Below are positions 1 through 10,620 of a stretch of 64,000 bases of DNA, in pieces. Numbering within the stretch: position 1 is the first letter of the stretch; every line of letters begins with the position of its first letter. Made by a program: the position numbers and the translations under genes. The stretch lies in assembly GCA_963644915.1 (NCBI GenBank), contig CAVIQW010000002.1:44724-108723 (forward strand). Direction: 5' to 3'. This stretch comes from Paratractidigestivibacter sp. (GTDB lineage: Bacteria > Spirochaetota > Spirochaetia > Treponematales > Treponemataceae). Below the pieces are notes generated by a model. It ran no database searches and was not told the DNA's origin. It saw only the letters and a program-made list of their open reading frames with translations.

Positions 1-1
1 A

Positions 2-619
2 ACTTCTGGAAAAGAACTGCGTACAATCACACTTGATGATAAAGTATTCGGTCTTCCAGTAAATGATGATGTTATTTACTATGCTATTACAAATGAACTT
101 GCAAATATGCGTGTTGGTACTGCTTGTACAAAAACTCGTGCAGAAGTTCATGGTAGCAATGCTAAGCCTTATAAACAGAAGGGAACTGGTAATGCTCGCC
201 GTGGTGATAAAAAGTCTCCACTTATGGTTGGCGGTGGTACAATTTTTGGACCAAAACCACGTGATTATAGCTATTCAATGCCTAAAAAAGCAAAACGTCT
301 TGCTATTAAATCAATTCTTAGTATGCAGGCTCAGAGCGATAGATTTACAGTAGTTGAAGATTTTACAGTTGAAAGCGGTAAAACAAAGGATCTTGCAAAG
401 ATTCTTGGCAACTTTATTAAAGATGAAAGAACTGTGATTGTACTTAAAGATGATGACGCAATGATTAAACGTTCTGGAAGAAATCTTCCTAATGTTTCTT
501 TCTTGGCTTTTAATCGTCTTAGAGCGCATGATTTGTTTTATGCACGCAAGGTTGTGGTTCTTGAATCGGCTGTTAAAAATCTTTCAGATTTTTATGCTGA
601 AGATAAGGAGGCTAAATAA
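2..619 (+). CDS. rplD: 50S ribosomal protein L4, 5'-truncated by the window edge
   Basis: The frame is open from nt 2 (TSGKELRTITLDD...). It contains the L4-like KQKGTGNARRG motif. It sits first in the L4-L23-L2-S19 order and its stop overlaps the rplW ATG. Confidence 0.93.
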   Translation, partial: TSGKELRTITLDDKVFGLPVNDDVIYYAITNELANMRVGTACTKTRAEVHGSNAKPYKQKGTGNARRGDKKSPLMVGGGTIFGPKPRDYSYSMPKKAKRLAIKSILSMQAQSDRFTVVEDFTVESGKTKDLAKILGNFIKDERTVIVLKDDDAMIKRSGRNLPNVSFLAFNRLRAHDLFYARKVVVLESAVKNLSDFYAEDKEAK

Positions 620-903
620 TGAATTATTCTGATATTCTTATTGAGCCTGTTGTTTCAGAAAAAGCAAATGACCTTCGCGGACAGAATAAATATGTCTTCA
701 AGGTAGCACCTTCTGCAACAAAAACAGAAATCAAAGAAGCTGTAGCAAAACTTTTCAATGTAAAAGTTGTTGACTGCACAACTATTAACGTTATGGGCAA
801 AATGAAAAGACTTCGCGGAAAACCTGGTCGCACAAGCTCATACAAGAAAGCAATTGTACGCGTGGCCGCTGGTGAAACAATCGCGGCTTTTGAAGGCGTG
901 TAA
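619..903 (+). CDS. rplW: 50S ribosomal protein L23
   Basis: 94 aa, L23-like sequence. Position between L4 and L2. TAATG overlap with rplD. Confidence 0.93.
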   Translation: MNYSDILIEPVVSEKANDLRGQNKYVFKVAPSATKTEIKEAVAKLFNVKVVDCTTINVMGKMKRLRGKPGRTSSYKKAIVRVAAGETIAAFEGV

Positions 904-927
904 TTACAATAACTAAGGGGAACTAAA

Positions 928-1752
928 ATGGCTCTTAAGGTATTTAAGCCAATGACTCCAGGTACACGCGGACGCGTTGACCTGATTAGAGAAGAACTGA
1001 CAACCGATAGACCCGAAAAAACTTTGGTGTCAGGTAAAAAGTCTAATGGTGGTCGTGGTCAGGGTGGTCGTATTTCTGTACGTCATCAGGGCGGCGGACA
1101 CAAAAGACGTTATCGTGAGATTGATTTCAAACGAGAAAAGCACGGAATTCCTGGAACAGTAAAAACTATTGAGTATGATCCAAACAGAAGTGCTAACATT
1201 GCTTTGATTTATTATGCTGACGGTGATAAACGTTATATTATTGCACCTAAAGGATTGCAGGTTGAACAGAAGATTATGTCTGGTGAAAATGCAACTCCAA
1301 CAGTAGGAAACGCTCTTCCGCTTGATAACATTCCGGTCGGATTTACAATTCACAACATTGAATTGACTCTTGGTCAGGGTGGTCAGTTGGTTCGCTCTGC
1401 TGGTGCAAGTGCGATGATTGCTGGTCGTGAAGGTGCATACGTAATTGTTCGTCTTCCTTCTGGAGAAATGCGCAAAATTAACGGACGCTGCTACGCTACA
1501 ATCGGTGTTGTAGGAAACGAAGAACACATGAACGTGCAGCTTGGAAAAGCTGGTCACAAACGCTGGCTTGGTATTCGTCCTACAGTTCGTGGTATGGCTA
1601 TGAACCCAGTAGATCACCCTCTTGGTGGTGGTGAAGGTGCTGGTAAAGGTCGTAACCCTGTTACTCCTTGGGGACAGCCTTGTAAGGGTTACAAAACTCG
1701 CAACAAGAGAAAGCCGTCTAACAATTTTATTGTTTCACGTCGCAAAAAGTAG
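928..1752 (+). CDS. rplB: 50S ribosomal protein L2
   Basis: 274 aa. Conserved L2 motifs ([22 protein letters not shown]). AAGGGG RBS upstream. Confidence 0.97.
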   Translation: MALKVFKPMTPGTRGRVDLIREELTTDRPEKTLVSGKKSNGGRGQGGRISVRHQGGGHKRRYREIDFKREKHGIPGTVKTIEYDPNRSANIALIYYADGDKRYIIAPKGLQVEQKIMSGENATPTVGNALPLDNIPVGFTIHNIELTLGQGGQLVRSAGASAMIAGREGAYVIVRLPSGEMRKINGRCYATIGVVGNEEHMNVQLGKAGHKRWLGIRPTVRGMAMNPVDHPLGGGEGAGKGRNPVTPWGQPCKGYKTRNKRKPSNNFIVSRRKK

Positions 1753-1769
1753 TCGCATAGGAGATAACG

Positions 1770-2051
1770 GTGTCAAGATCTGTTAAAAAAGGACCTTTTG
1801 TAGAAAAATCACTTTACAAAAAGGTTTCAGCAATGAACAAAGAAGCAGAAAAGAAGATGATAAAAACATATTCTCGCTGCTCTACAATCATACCTGAAAT
1901 GGTAGGTAATACTATTTCTGTTTATAATGGTAAATCATGGATTCCTGTATACGTTACAGAAAACCTCGTTGGTCATAAACTCGGCGAGTTTGCTCCTACA
2001 CGTACTTTCAAAGGCCATGGTGGTACAGATAAAACTGCTTCGGCAAAATAA
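1770..2051 (+). CDS. rpsS: 30S ribosomal protein S19
   Basis: 93 aa, GTG start after an AGGAGA RBS. S19 signature [28 protein letters not shown]. Confidence 0.95.
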   Translation: MSRSVKKGPFVEKSLYKKVSAMNKEAEKKMIKTYSRCSTIIPEMVGNTISVYNGKSWIPVYVTENLVGHKLGEFAPTRTFKGHGGTDKTASAK

Positions 2052-2062
2052 AGGTGGATATT

Positions 2063-2419
2063 ATGGCTGAAAAGAAAGGTTATGTAGCCACTTCAAAGTT
2101 CCTTATTGCTTCTCCAACTAAGGTTCGTCCAGTTGCAAAGCTTGTTAACCAGAAACCTGTAACAAAGGCGTTGGCAATTCTTGAGAATATGCCACAGAAA
2201 GGTGCGGGTCTTATTAATGCAACTTTGAAATCAGCAATTGCAAATGCGCTGAATTTGAACAATAAGCTTGATGAAGATATGCTATACGTAAAAGAAATAA
2301 GAATTGACGAAGGTCCAAGACTTAAAAGAGTTTGGTTCCGTGCACGTGGTCGTGCGGATCAGCTTTTAAAGCGTATGTGCCATATTACCGTCATCGTTGA
2401 CGAGAAGGCGGGGGAATAA
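2063..2419 (+). CDS. rplV: 50S ribosomal protein L22
   Basis: L22-like sequence in the conserved operon position. I prefer the ATG at 2063, which lies 7 nt after an AGGTGG RBS. The ORF track starts at the GTG at 2054. Confidence 0.9.
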   Translation: MAEKKGYVATSKFLIASPTKVRPVAKLVNQKPVTKALAILENMPQKGAGLINATLKSAIANALNLNNKLDEDMLYVKEIRIDEGPRLKRVWFRARGRADQLLKRMCHITVIVDEKAGE

Positions 2420-2420
2420 A

Positions 2421-3170
2421 GTGGGTCAGAAAGTTAGTCCAATCGGTTTGCGCTTAGGCGTAAACAAAACATGGCAGTCACGTTGGTATGCAGATTTCCG
2501 TGATTATGCAGACTTGGTTCTTGAAGATGTAAAACTTAGAAAAATGGTTATGAATCTTCCTGAATGTAAAAACGCTGATATTGCTGAAATTGAAATTATC
2601 CGTCACCCACAGCGTGTTACAATCGTAATTCACACTGCTCGACCTGGTGTTATCATCGGTGTTAAGGGTGCAACAATTGAAAAGATTAGTGCTGATATTC
2701 AGGCACAGCTTACAAAGAAAGTTCAGATCAAGATTAAGGAAGTTAAACGTGCTGATGTAAATGCAAGTTTGATTGCTCAGAATGTTGGTCGACAGCTTGC
2801 TGGTCATGGTTCTTTCCGCAAGGCTTTGAAACAGGCAGTAAGCAATGCTATGAGAGCTGGTGCACAGGGCATTAAGATTCGTCTTTCAGGTCGTCTTGGC
2901 GGTGCTGAAATGACAAGAACTGAAGAGCATAAAGAAGGACGCGTTCCACTTCACACTCTTCGTGCTGATATTGACTATAGTACATACGAAGCTCATACCG
3001 CATACGGAAAAATTGGTGTAAAAGTATGGGTTTACAACGGAATGAACTATGGTGTTGAACAGAACGAAGATGCAGGTCAGCTTGTTCGCAAACCTCGTCG
3101 TGAACGTTCTCAGCGTCCAGCGGCAGATAAGGCTGAAAAATCAGGACCTTCTGCTAAGGAAAGGAGCTAG
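2421..3170 (+). CDS. rpsC: 30S ribosomal protein S3
   Basis: [13 protein letters not shown]... is the typical S3 N-terminus. GTG at 2421 follows a GGGGGAA RBS. The track ORF 2397 start is an upstream in-frame extension overlapping rplV. Confidence 0.94.
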   Translation: MGQKVSPIGLRLGVNKTWQSRWYADFRDYADLVLEDVKLRKMVMNLPECKNADIAEIEIIRHPQRVTIVIHTARPGVIIGVKGATIEKISADIQAQLTKKVQIKIKEVKRADVNASLIAQNVGRQLAGHGSFRKALKQAVSNAMRAGAQGIKIRLSGRLGGAEMTRTEEHKEGRVPLHTLRADIDYSTYEAHTAYGKIGVKVWVYNGMNYGVEQNEDAGQLVRKPRRERSQRPAADKAEKSGPSAKERS

Positions 3171-3173
3171 GTT

Positions 3174-3593
3174 ATGCCATTAAGTCCTAAAAGAGTTATA
3201 CACCGAAAGGTGCAGCGTGGTAGAGAAAAAGGAAATGCTACACGCGACAATTTTATTGACTTCGGTAACATTGCTCTTGTTGCAATGGAACCTACTTGGT
3301 TAAGTGCTCGTGTAATTGAAGCGGCTCGTGTTGCTATCAACCGTACACTTGACCGAAAGGGACAGGTTTGGATTCGTGTTTTCCCAGATAAACCGATTTC
3401 TAAAAAACCTGCTGAAGTTCGAATGGGTAAGGGTAAGGGCGCTCCAGAATCTTGGGCTGCTGTTATCAAACCTGGAATGATTTTGTTTGAGGTTGGCGGT
3501 GTTGATCAGAAGCTTGCTCAAAAAGCACTTGAACTTGCTGGTGATAAACTTCCAATCACAACAAGAGTCGCATTTAAGCCTACACAGGACTAA
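3174..3593 (+). CDS. rplP: 50S ribosomal protein L16
   Basis: 139 aa. L16 motifs (RMGKGKG, PESW). Operon position. Confidence 0.96.
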   Translation: MPLSPKRVIHRKVQRGREKGNATRDNFIDFGNIALVAMEPTWLSARVIEAARVAINRTLDRKGQVWIRVFPDKPISKKPAEVRMGKGKGAPESWAAVIKPGMILFEVGGVDQKLAQKALELAGDKLPITTRVAFKPTQD

Positions 3594-3604
3594 GGAGGAA
3601 TAAG

Positions 3605-3817
3605 ATGGCTGAATCAAATAAAAAGACAGATAAAGAATTATCTTATTCTGAACTTGTTGCAAAACGTGATGAGCTTAAGAAAAAGTACATGGATCTCCGT
3701 TTCAAGATGGTTGTTTCTCATGTAGATAATCCAATGCAGAAACGTACAATGCGTCGAGAAATTGCACGTTTGAATACTTTCATTCAGCAGAAAAAAGCTG
3801 CTGAAGAAAATAAGTAG
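3605..3817 (+). CDS. rpmC: 50S ribosomal protein L29
   Basis: 70 aa helical basic protein between L16 and S17. AAGGAGG RBS. Confidence 0.9.
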   Translation: MAESNKKTDKELSYSELVAKRDELKKKYMDLRFKMVVSHVDNPMQKRTMRREIARLNTFIQQKKAAEENK

Positions 3818-3827
3818 GAGCTGAACC

Positions 3828-4106
3828 GTGGCAGAAAATACTGTTCAGACTGTAGAGACAGCAAAAAAACGTGAATTTGTTGGTCTTGTTACAAGCGATA
3901 AGATGGATAAGACTATCGTAGTAACAGTAACAACAAAGAAAATGGATCGTCTTTACAAGAAATATGTTACTCGCTCAAAGAAGTATATGGCCCATGATGA
4001 AAAGAACGATGCTCACATTGGTGATACAGTTCGAATCGTGGAATGCAGACCGCTTAGCAAAGATAAGGCTTGGCGTCTTGTAGAAATTGTTGAACGTGCT
4101 AAATAA
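3828..4106 (+). CDS. rpsQ: 30S ribosomal protein S17
   Basis: 92 aa, GTG start after AGGAG. S17-like sequence ([27 protein letters not shown]). Confidence 0.93.
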   Translation: MAENTVQTVETAKKREFVGLVTSDKMDKTIVVTVTTKKMDRLYKKYVTRSKKYMAHDEKNDAHIGDTVRIVECRPLSKDKAWRLVEIVERAK

Positions 4107-4126
4107 GGTATAAGGAGTAAAAAGTT

Positions 4127-4495
4127 ATGATTCAGATGCAGTCATGTATGACAGTTGCTGATAACTCCGGTGCTAAGATTGCTCAGTGTATCAAGGTACT
4201 TGGCGGAACACACCGCCGTTATGCCGGAATTGGCGATATTGTTGTTGTTGCAATTAAAGATGCTATCCCGACATCCACAATTAAAAAGGGTGCTGTGCAG
4301 AAGGCAGTAATTGTAAGACAAGCTAAAGAATACCGTAGACCTGATGGAACTTATATTCGTTTTGATGATAACGCTTGCGTAATTGTTGATGAAAATAAGA
4401 ATCCAAAGGGAAAACGCATCTTTGGACCTGTAGCTCGTGAGCTTCGTGATATGGATTTTATGAAAATCGTATCTTTGGCTCCAGAGGTACTTTAA
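4127..4495 (+). CDS. rplN: 50S ribosomal protein L14
   Basis: 122 aa. Starts MIQ..., with ADNSGAK and the FGPVARELR motif. Confidence 0.97.
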   Translation: MIQMQSCMTVADNSGAKIAQCIKVLGGTHRRYAGIGDIVVVAIKDAIPTSTIKKGAVQKAVIVRQAKEYRRPDGTYIRFDDNACVIVDENKNPKGKRIFGPVARELRDMDFMKIVSLAPEVL

Positions 4496-4507
4496 GGGGT
4501 TATGGTT

Positions 4508-4825
4508 ATGGAAAAGAAATTTAAGATCCGTAAAGATGACACTGTAGAAGTTATTGCAGGTAAAGATAAGGGAAAAAGAGGAACTGTTGTTCGTATCCTT
4601 ACTAAAAAAGATGCAGTAATCGTATCAGGTGTTAATATTGTTAAAAAGGCAATGAAAAAGCGTAGTCAGCAGGATCAGGGTGGAATCGTAGAAGTTGAAG
4701 CACCACTTAACATTTCAAATGTTGGTATTGTTTGCAAGAAATGCGGTCGTCCTGTAAGAGTTGGCTATAAATTGAATGGGGACAAAAAAGTCCGCGTTTG
4801 CCGTAAATGTGGAGAAACACTGTAA
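4508..4825 (+). CDS. rplX: 50S ribosomal protein L24
   Basis: KOW-type L24 sequence ([19 protein letters not shown]). The ATG at 4508 has better spacing from the AAGGGG RBS than the track start at 4502. It has a C-terminal CxxC...CxxC. Confidence 0.9.
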   Translation: MEKKFKIRKDDTVEVIAGKDKGKRGTVVRILTKKDAVIVSGVNIVKKAMKKRSQQDQGGIVEVEAPLNISNVGIVCKKCGRPVRVGYKLNGDKKVRVCRKCGETL

Positions 4826-5376
4826 TGGCTAATTACGTACCTCGGCTTAAGAAAGTCTACAAAGACGAAATCGCTCCAGCACTTGTAAAAGAATTTAATT
4901 ACACAACTCCAATGCAGATTCCTGTATTGAAGAAAATTGTTGTAAGCATGGGTGTTGGTGAGGCTCTCACAAATAAGAAACTCCTTGATGCCGCAGTTAC
5001 TGACTTGACACAGATTACAGGTCAGAAAGCTGTTAAGACTAGAGCAAAAAAGAGTATCGCTAACTTTAAATTGCGTGAGGGTAATGAAGTAGGAGCAATG
5101 GTTACATTGCGCGGAACAATTATGTATGAATTCTTGGACCGCCTTATTAACGTTGCATTCCCACGAATTAAGGATTTCCGTGGTATCAAGGCAACTGGCT
5201 TTGATGGACGCGGAAACTTCTCAGTTGGTATTACTGAACAGTTGATTTTCCCAGAAATCGATTTTGATAAAATCACAAAGGTTGCTGGTATGAATATTAC
5301 GTTCGTAACAAGTGCAAAGACTGATGCAGAAGCAAAAGCTTTGCTTGCCAAATTCAATATGCCATTCCGTAAGTAG
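4825..5376 (+). CDS. rplE: 50S ribosomal protein L5
   Basis: [16 protein letters not shown]... is the typical L5 N-terminus. The ATG overlaps the rplX stop (TAATG). The track start at 4807 is an in-frame upstream extension. Confidence 0.94.
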   Translation: MANYVPRLKKVYKDEIAPALVKEFNYTTPMQIPVLKKIVVSMGVGEALTNKKLLDAAVTDLTQITGQKAVKTRAKKSIANFKLREGNEVGAMVTLRGTIMYEFLDRLINVAFPRIKDFRGIKATGFDGRGNFSVGITEQLIFPEIDFDKITKVAGMNITFVTSAKTDAEAKALLAKFNMPFRK

Positions 5377-5388
5377 AGTGAGGGATAC

Positions 5389-5574
5389 ATGGCTAAGAAA
5401 TCATTGATTATAAAAGCCGCTCGCAAACAGAAGTATGAAACTAGACAGTACAATCGCTGTCAGATTTGCGGACGTCCACGTGGATATTTGCGAAAGTATA
5501 AGATGTGTCGTCTTTGTTTCCGCAAATTAGCAAGTGAAGGCCTTCTTCCAGGCGTCACAAAATCATCTTGGTAG
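5389..5574 (+). CDS. rpsN: 30S ribosomal protein S14, short zinc-binding (type Z) form
   Basis: 61 aa with CxxC-x12-CxxC (CQICGRP...CRLCF) and C-terminal KSSW. Lies between L5 and S8. Confidence 0.95.
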   Translation: MAKKSLIIKAARKQKYETRQYNRCQICGRPRGYLRKYKMCRLCFRKLASEGLLPGVTKSSW

Positions 5575-5592
5575 AGTGGTAGGAGAATAGAA

Positions 5593-5991
5593 ATGAGTGC
5601 ATCAGATCCAGTAGCAGACATGCTCACTAAGGTTCGCAATGCGGCTAATGCCCGCCACGAAAAAGTAGATATTCCTGCTTCAAAGCTTAAGCTTGAAATC
5701 GTAAAGATTATGAAGACAGAAGGATATATCAAGAATTTTAAGAAGGTTCAGGAAGACGGACATTCTGTTATCCGTATCATCTTGAAATATGATGACAGTA
5801 ATAATCCTGTAATCCACGGTGCTAAGAAAATCTCAACACCTGGACGTCGTGTTTATTCTGGTTATAAAGATTTGCCACGCGTATTCAATGGATACGGTAC
5901 AATCATTGTTTCGACTTCTGCTGGTATTACAACTGGCAAGAAGGCTACTGAAAAGCAGGTTGGTGGTGAATTGATCTGCTCTATCTGGTAA
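5593..5991 (+). CDS. rpsH: 30S ribosomal protein S8
   Basis: 132 aa. [14 protein letters not shown]-terminus, [10 protein letters not shown]-terminus. Confidence 0.96.
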   Translation: MSASDPVADMLTKVRNAANARHEKVDIPASKLKLEIVKIMKTEGYIKNFKKVQEDGHSVIRIILKYDDSNNPVIHGAKKISTPGRRVYSGYKDLPRVFNGYGTIIVSTSAGITTGKKATEKQVGGELICSIW

Positions 5992-6003
5992 TAGGAGGAA
6001 GAT

Positions 6004-6543
6004 ATGTCAAAAATTGGTAAACTTCCTGTAGCTATTCCAGCTGGAGTTACAGTTACAGTTGCTGATGGCGTTGTAACTGTAAAAGGTCCAAAGGGTGAAC
6101 TTAAACAGGAATTCGGCAACAATGTTAAAGTTGAAGTGAAAGACGGCAATGTTGATGTTCTTCAGGCAGCTGAAACAAAACAGGGCAATGCATTCCATGG
6201 TCTTTACAGAAATCTTATTCATAATATGGTTACCGGAGTATCAACAGGTTTTACTAAAAAACTGGTTATTACTGGAGTTGGTTATCGTGCAGAAGTTCAG
6301 GGTAAGACTCTTATGTTGAATCTTGGATATTCAAACGATTTCTTTGTAACAATTCCAGAAGGTCTTACTGTTGCTGCAGATGCTAATGGAAACGTTTCTG
6401 TTTCTGGTATCGATAAGCAGTTGGTTGGTGAATTTAGTGCTCAGATTCGTAAACTCCGAATGCCAGAACCTTATAAGGGAAAAGGTATTCGCTACGATGA
6501 TGAAGTTATCCGACGAAAAGTTGGTAAGACTGGTGTAAAATAA
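6004..6543 (+). CDS. rplF: 50S ribosomal protein L6
   Basis: 179 aa. MSKIGKLPV start, [11 protein letters not shown] motif. Confidence 0.96.
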   Translation: MSKIGKLPVAIPAGVTVTVADGVVTVKGPKGELKQEFGNNVKVEVKDGNVDVLQAAETKQGNAFHGLYRNLIHNMVTGVSTGFTKKLVITGVGYRAEVQGKTLMLNLGYSNDFFVTIPEGLTVAADANGNVSVSGIDKQLVGEFSAQIRKLRMPEPYKGKGIRYDDEVIRRKVGKTGVK

Positions 6544-6554
6544 GGTAGGCCGCT

Positions 6555-6917
6555 ATGTTTAAGAAACTTAATGATAAAGACAGAAAGCGCCTTCACAGAA
6601 AAGTTCACATTCGTAAGACTGTGTATGGAACAGCAGATCGTCCGCGTATGACTGTAACTCGTTCCAACAAGAACCTTTCTGTTCAGGTTATTAATGATGA
6701 CGAGGGAACGACACTCGCTTCAATTTCTACACTAGAAAAAGAATTCGAAGCTCTTAAGCCAAATATTGACGGAGCTAAGAAACTTGGTGAAGCTTTTGGT
6801 GCACGCCTTAAGGATAAGAAAATTACAAAGGTAGTTTTTGACCGCAATGGTTACCTTTACCACGGTGTTGTAAAAGCCCTTGCAGACGGCACTCGCAGTG
6901 CTGGAATTGAGTTCTAG
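6555..6917 (+). CDS. rplR: 50S ribosomal protein L18
   Basis: 120 aa. [20 protein letters not shown] and [18 protein letters not shown] motifs. Confidence 0.95.
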   Translation: MFKKLNDKDRKRLHRKVHIRKTVYGTADRPRMTVTRSNKNLSVQVINDDEGTTLASISTLEKEFEALKPNIDGAKKLGEAFGARLKDKKITKVVFDRNGYLYHGVVKALADGTRSAGIEF

Positions 6918-6925
6918 GAGTTAAA

Positions 6926-7432
6926 ATGGAACGCAAGAATTTTGATAAAGAACCAAAAGAGTTTGTTGAAAAACTTGTAACTCTTAACAGAACTGCAAAG
7001 ACTGTAAAAGGTGGACGCCGAATGTCTTTCTCTGCACTTACTGTTGTTGGTGATCAAAAAGGACGCGTAGGATACGGATTTGGTAAAGCCAATGATGTAT
7101 CTGAAGCTATTAAAAAGAGCATTGAACATGCCAAGAGAAATCTTGTTACAATGTCAATGAAAAATGGTACTTTACCACATGAAATTATTGGAAAATACAA
7201 GAGTTCTTCTGTTCTCCTTAAGCCTGCTTGTGCCGGTACTGGTATCAAAGCTGGTGGTGCTGTTCGTTCAGTAATGGATGCAGTTGGAATTACAGATGTT
7301 ATTTCAAAATCATTGGGCTCAAGTTCTTCTGTGAACGTAGTTCGTGCAACATTTAATGCTATTGAAAATCTTATGGATGCAAAAACTGTTGCCGCTGCTC
7401 GTGGTAAAACACTTGACGAATTGTGGGGTTAA
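6926..7432 (+). CDS. rpsE: 30S ribosomal protein S5
   Basis: 168 aa. S5 dsRBD motif (LNRTAKTVKGGRRMSFSALTVVGD). Confidence 0.96.
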   Translation: MERKNFDKEPKEFVEKLVTLNRTAKTVKGGRRMSFSALTVVGDQKGRVGYGFGKANDVSEAIKKSIEHAKRNLVTMSMKNGTLPHEIIGKYKSSSVLLKPACAGTGIKAGGAVRSVMDAVGITDVISKSLGSSSSVNVVRATFNAIENLMDAKTVAAARGKTLDELWG

Positions 7433-7434
7433 TT

Positions 7435-7626
7435 ATGGCAAAGGCTAAACAGTTAAAGATTACACTTGTAAGAAGTACAATCGGACAGAAACCTGCCAAA
7501 GTTGCCACAGTTCGCAGCCTTGGATTGAAGAAGATTAACTCTTCTGTAGTACAGGACGATAATGATTCGGTTCGTGGAATGATCGCTTCTGTTGCTCATC
7601 TTGTAAAAGTAGAGGAGGCAGAGTAA
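7435..7626 (+). CDS. rpmD: 50S ribosomal protein L30
   Basis: MAKAKQLKITLVRSTIGQ... is typical of L30. The track ORF 7423 start overlaps the rpsE end, so I prefer the ATG at 7435. Confidence 0.9.
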   Translation: MAKAKQLKITLVRSTIGQKPAKVATVRSLGLKKINSSVVQDDNDSVRGMIASVAHLVKVEEAE

Positions 7627-8102
7627 TGTCTGAATACAATCCAGTACTTAGCGCACCTAAAGGTGCAAATAAAAAGCCAAAACGTGTTGGTCGCGGTTCA
7701 TCTTCTGGACTCGGTACAACAGCTGGTAAAGGTAATAAGGGTCAGCAGTCACGTTCTGGATCTTCAATTCCTTACGTAGGATTTGAAGGTGGTCAGATGC
7801 CACTTTACCGCCGTGTTGCTAGACGTGGATTTTCAAATTATCCTTTTAAGAAGGAATTTGTTTGTATTAATGTTGGAATTCTTGATGCAAAATTTGCAGA
7901 CGGAGAAACAGTAAACAAAGAAACTCTTGCAGCAAAAGGATTCATTTCAGCAAAAGCAGCACCGCTTGTTAAGATTCTTGGCAACGGTGAAATCACAAAG
8001 AAACTTACAATTGATGTTGACAAGGTTTCGGAGTCTGCTAAGGCTAAAATTGAAAAAGCTGGTGGCAGTGTAAAAGCTGTTGCTGCTGAAGAATCTAAAT
8101 AG
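7626..8102 (+). CDS. rplO: 50S ribosomal protein L15
   Basis: 158 aa. GRGSSSGLGTTAGKGNKGQ motif. TAATG overlap with rpmD. Confidence 0.95.
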   Translation: MSEYNPVLSAPKGANKKPKRVGRGSSSGLGTTAGKGNKGQQSRSGSSIPYVGFEGGQMPLYRRVARRGFSNYPFKKEFVCINVGILDAKFADGETVNKETLAAKGFISAKAAPLVKILGNGEITKKLTIDVDKVSESAKAKIEKAGGSVKAVAAEESK

Positions 8103-8117
8103 GTGTCGGAGTAAAAC

Positions 8118-9452
8118 ATGGCAAGCAATCCAGTAGTAAATATGTTTAGAGTAAAGGAAATCCGTATACGGTTGCTCTTTACATTATTAATTTTGGCAAT
8201 TTTCCGTTTGGGAAGTGTACTTACAATTCCTGGTATTGATGCAACAGTTTTGTTTGATTATTTCAACAATCTTGCTGCTCAGAACAAGAATGCATTTGCT
8301 AGTTATATGGACTTCTTTGTAGGTGGTGCTTTCTCAAATTTCTCAATTTTTATGTTGGGAGTAATGCCATACATTTCTACACAGATTATTTTGCAGCTTG
8401 CTGTGATTATTTTCCCGAGCATGAAACGTGCTATTCAGGAAGATGGTGGTCAGCGAAAAATGGCTGCATGGACTAGAATTGGTACAGTATTTGTATGTTT
8501 GCTTCAGTCTTATGCAGTTACAGTTTATGCCCGCTCAATTCCTGGATGCATTGTGTTCAGTTCGCTTTTGAAGTTCAATCTTTTGGCTATCCTTACAGTA
8601 ACTACAGGTTCTATGGTTACTGTATGGCTTGGCGATCGGATTACAGCAAACGGTATTGGTAATGGTATCTCTATGATGATTTTTGCCGGTATCGTTGCAC
8701 GGCTTCCGAATGCGATTGCTGAACTTGTACGAAAAGTTTCGGCTGGAGAAATTCAGTTGGTTTTCGTTATTGTCGTGCTTGTAATGTTTGTTGCTATTAT
8801 TGCGTTGGTAATATTTGAAGAGTCTGGTGTAAGAAAAATTCCGGTTCATTACGCAAAACGGGTTGTTGGAAGAAAAATGTATGGTGGTCAGAACACATAT
8901 ATTCCTTTCAAAGTAAATCCGTCTAACGTTATTCCGTTGATTTTTGCCTCTTCTCTTCTTACATTGCCTTTGCAGATTGTTTCTACTTTGGGAAATAACC
9001 AGGAATCTGCTAGGTGGATAATTCGCCTTTCGAATATCTTGACACCAAACGGTCTCTGGTACAATGTTTTGTTGGTCGTTCTTATTGTTTTCTTTGCATA
9101 TTTCTATACTCAGGTAACTTTGAATCCTGTTGAAATTGCAAAAAATATTCGAGAGAATGGCGGTTCTATTCCAGGTATAAGCACTGATAAAACAGAGGAA
9201 TACCTTAATAAAATATTGAACCGACTTGTTTTACCGGGTTCTTTGTTCTTGGCATTTATTGCTATAGTTCCATCTGTAATTCAGAGATTGTTCAATTTCC
9301 CGCAGTCAGTTGCTATGCTGATGGGCGGTACATCACTTATCATTATGGTGGGTGTTGATTTGGATACTATGAGTCAGATAGAAGCGCTCTTGAAAATGCA
9401 TCATCAGGATGGTCTGACAAGGAAAGGTAAGATTAGATCACGAAATCTTTAG
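8118..9452 (+). CDS. secY: Preprotein translocase subunit SecY
   Basis: 444 aa polytopic membrane protein in the conserved position after L15. SecY-like motifs (GISMMIFAGIVA, IPGI..G..T). Confidence 0.95.
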   Translation: MASNPVVNMFRVKEIRIRLLFTLLILAIFRLGSVLTIPGIDATVLFDYFNNLAAQNKNAFASYMDFFVGGAFSNFSIFMLGVMPYISTQIILQLAVIIFPSMKRAIQEDGGQRKMAAWTRIGTVFVCLLQSYAVTVYARSIPGCIVFSSLLKFNLLAILTVTTGSMVTVWLGDRITANGIGNGISMMIFAGIVARLPNAIAELVRKVSAGEIQLVFVIVVLVMFVAIIALVIFEESGVRKIPVHYAKRVVGRKMYGGQNTYIPFKVNPSNVIPLIFASSLLTLPLQIVSTLGNNQESARWIIRLSNILTPNGLWYNVLLVVLIVFFAYFYTQVTLNPVEIAKNIRENGGSIPGISTDKTEEYLNKILNRLVLPGSLFLAFIAIVPSVIQRLFNFPQSVAMLMGGTSLIIMVGVDLDTMSQIEALLKMHHQDGLTRKGKIRSRNL

Positions 9453-9513
9453 AAAAGTTTAGAAAATCGTGTTCTAAGTAGTAGAAAAAGATTGAGAATA
9501 TATGATATATTAT

Positions 9514-9571
9514 TTCTCACCGAATTGTCTCTCATTGCGAGGTGCTAAGATTCGGTGAGAATGTTTATTCT
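9514..9571 (+). promoter_or_regulatory. Stem-loop in the secY-rpmJ spacer (possible attenuator or processing site)
   Basis: Perfect 12-bp stem TTCTCACCGAAT (9514-9525) / ATTCGGTGAGAA (9550-9561), followed by TGTTTATTCTC. The function is not established. Confidence 0.35.
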
Positions 9572-9583
9572 CAGGGGGTCTTT

Positions 9584-9697
9584 ATGAAAGTACGAACCAG
9601 TGTAAAACCTATCTGTGATAAGTGTAAGGTAATCAAAAGAAACGGTATTGTCCGTATCATTTGTTCAAACCCAAAACACAAGCAGAGACAGGGCTAA
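9584..9697 (+). CDS. rpmJ: 50S ribosomal protein L36 (absent from the ORF track, 37 aa)
   Basis: Manual translation gives [37 protein letters not shown]. This is the canonical L36 zinc-ribbon sequence. A GGGGG RBS lies 6 nt upstream and the gene precedes rpsM. Confidence 0.93.
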   Translation: MKVRTSVKPICDKCKVIKRNGIVRIICSNPKHKQRQG

Positions 9698-9707
9698 GGA
9701 GTAACAG

Positions 9708-10073
9708 ATGGCTCGAATATCGGGAGTTGATATCCCAAATAAACACATAAGTATTGCTTTAACTTATATTTATGGTATCGGAAATTCTTTGGCAAAAAAA
9801 ATCCTTGAAGAAGCTAAGATTGATCCGGCTAAAATGGCTAATGATCTTACTCAGGATGAAATTGCAAAGATTCGTGATATTCTGGATAAGAACTACAAGG
9901 TAGAAGGTCGTCTTCGTTCAGAAATCGGTCTTAACCTTAAACGCCTTATTGATATTGGCTGTTACCGCGGTCTTAGACACAAAAGAGGTCTTCCAGTTCG
10001 TGGTCAGAGAACACGCACAAATTCTCGTACCCGCAAAGGTAAGAAGAAGACTGTTGCTAATAAGAAGAAGTAA
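9708..10073 (+). CDS. rpsM: 30S ribosomal protein S13
   Basis: [13 protein letters not shown]... with a basic C-terminal tail. Confidence 0.96.
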   Translation: MARISGVDIPNKHISIALTYIYGIGNSLAKKILEEAKIDPAKMANDLTQDEIAKIRDILDKNYKVEGRLRSEIGLNLKRLIDIGCYRGLRHKRGLPVRGQRTRTNSRTRKGKKKTVANKKK

Positions 10074-10087
10074 GGCGGAGGAAACTA

Positions 10088-10468
10088 ATGGCTACAGCTA
10101 AAAAACGAAAGGAAAAGAAAAGCGTTTACGAAGGTAATGTTTACATTCAGGCAACGTTTAATAATACTATCGTTACAATTACAGACTTGAATGGTAATGC
10201 TCTGTCTTGGGCATCATCAGGCGGTCTTGGTTTCCGTGGAGCAAAGAAATCTACTCCATTTGCTGCCCAGTCAGTTGCAGAAACAGCTGTTCAGAAGGCA
10301 GTAAGCTACGGTTTGCGAGAAGTTCACGTTTATGTAAAAGGACCTGGAATGGGACGCGAAAATGCTATCCGTTCTCTTGGTGCTATGGGATTAAGAGTAA
10401 AATCAATCCATGATATTACTCCAATTCCGCATAACGGATGCAGACCTCGCAAGACTCGCCGTATGTAA
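10088..10468 (+). CDS. rpsK: 30S ribosomal protein S11
   Basis: 126 aa. [11 protein letters not shown] and [15 protein letters not shown] motifs. Confidence 0.96.
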   Translation: MATAKKRKEKKSVYEGNVYIQATFNNTIVTITDLNGNALSWASSGGLGFRGAKKSTPFAAQSVAETAVQKAVSYGLREVHVYVKGPGMGRENAIRSLGAMGLRVKSIHDITPIPHNGCRPRKTRRM

Positions 10469-10620
10469 CGGAAATTGAAAAGATAGTAATCCTGTCTGCC
10501 GGATGTCAGTGGCAGACTGTTTTGACAGAGATGTCTAAACGAAGTTATAAGCCAGAGGATTCTGGTTTGTCTGATGTAAAATTGGGGGGTTGAGCTTTTT
10601 CAACCTCAAGAGGAGTTCTG

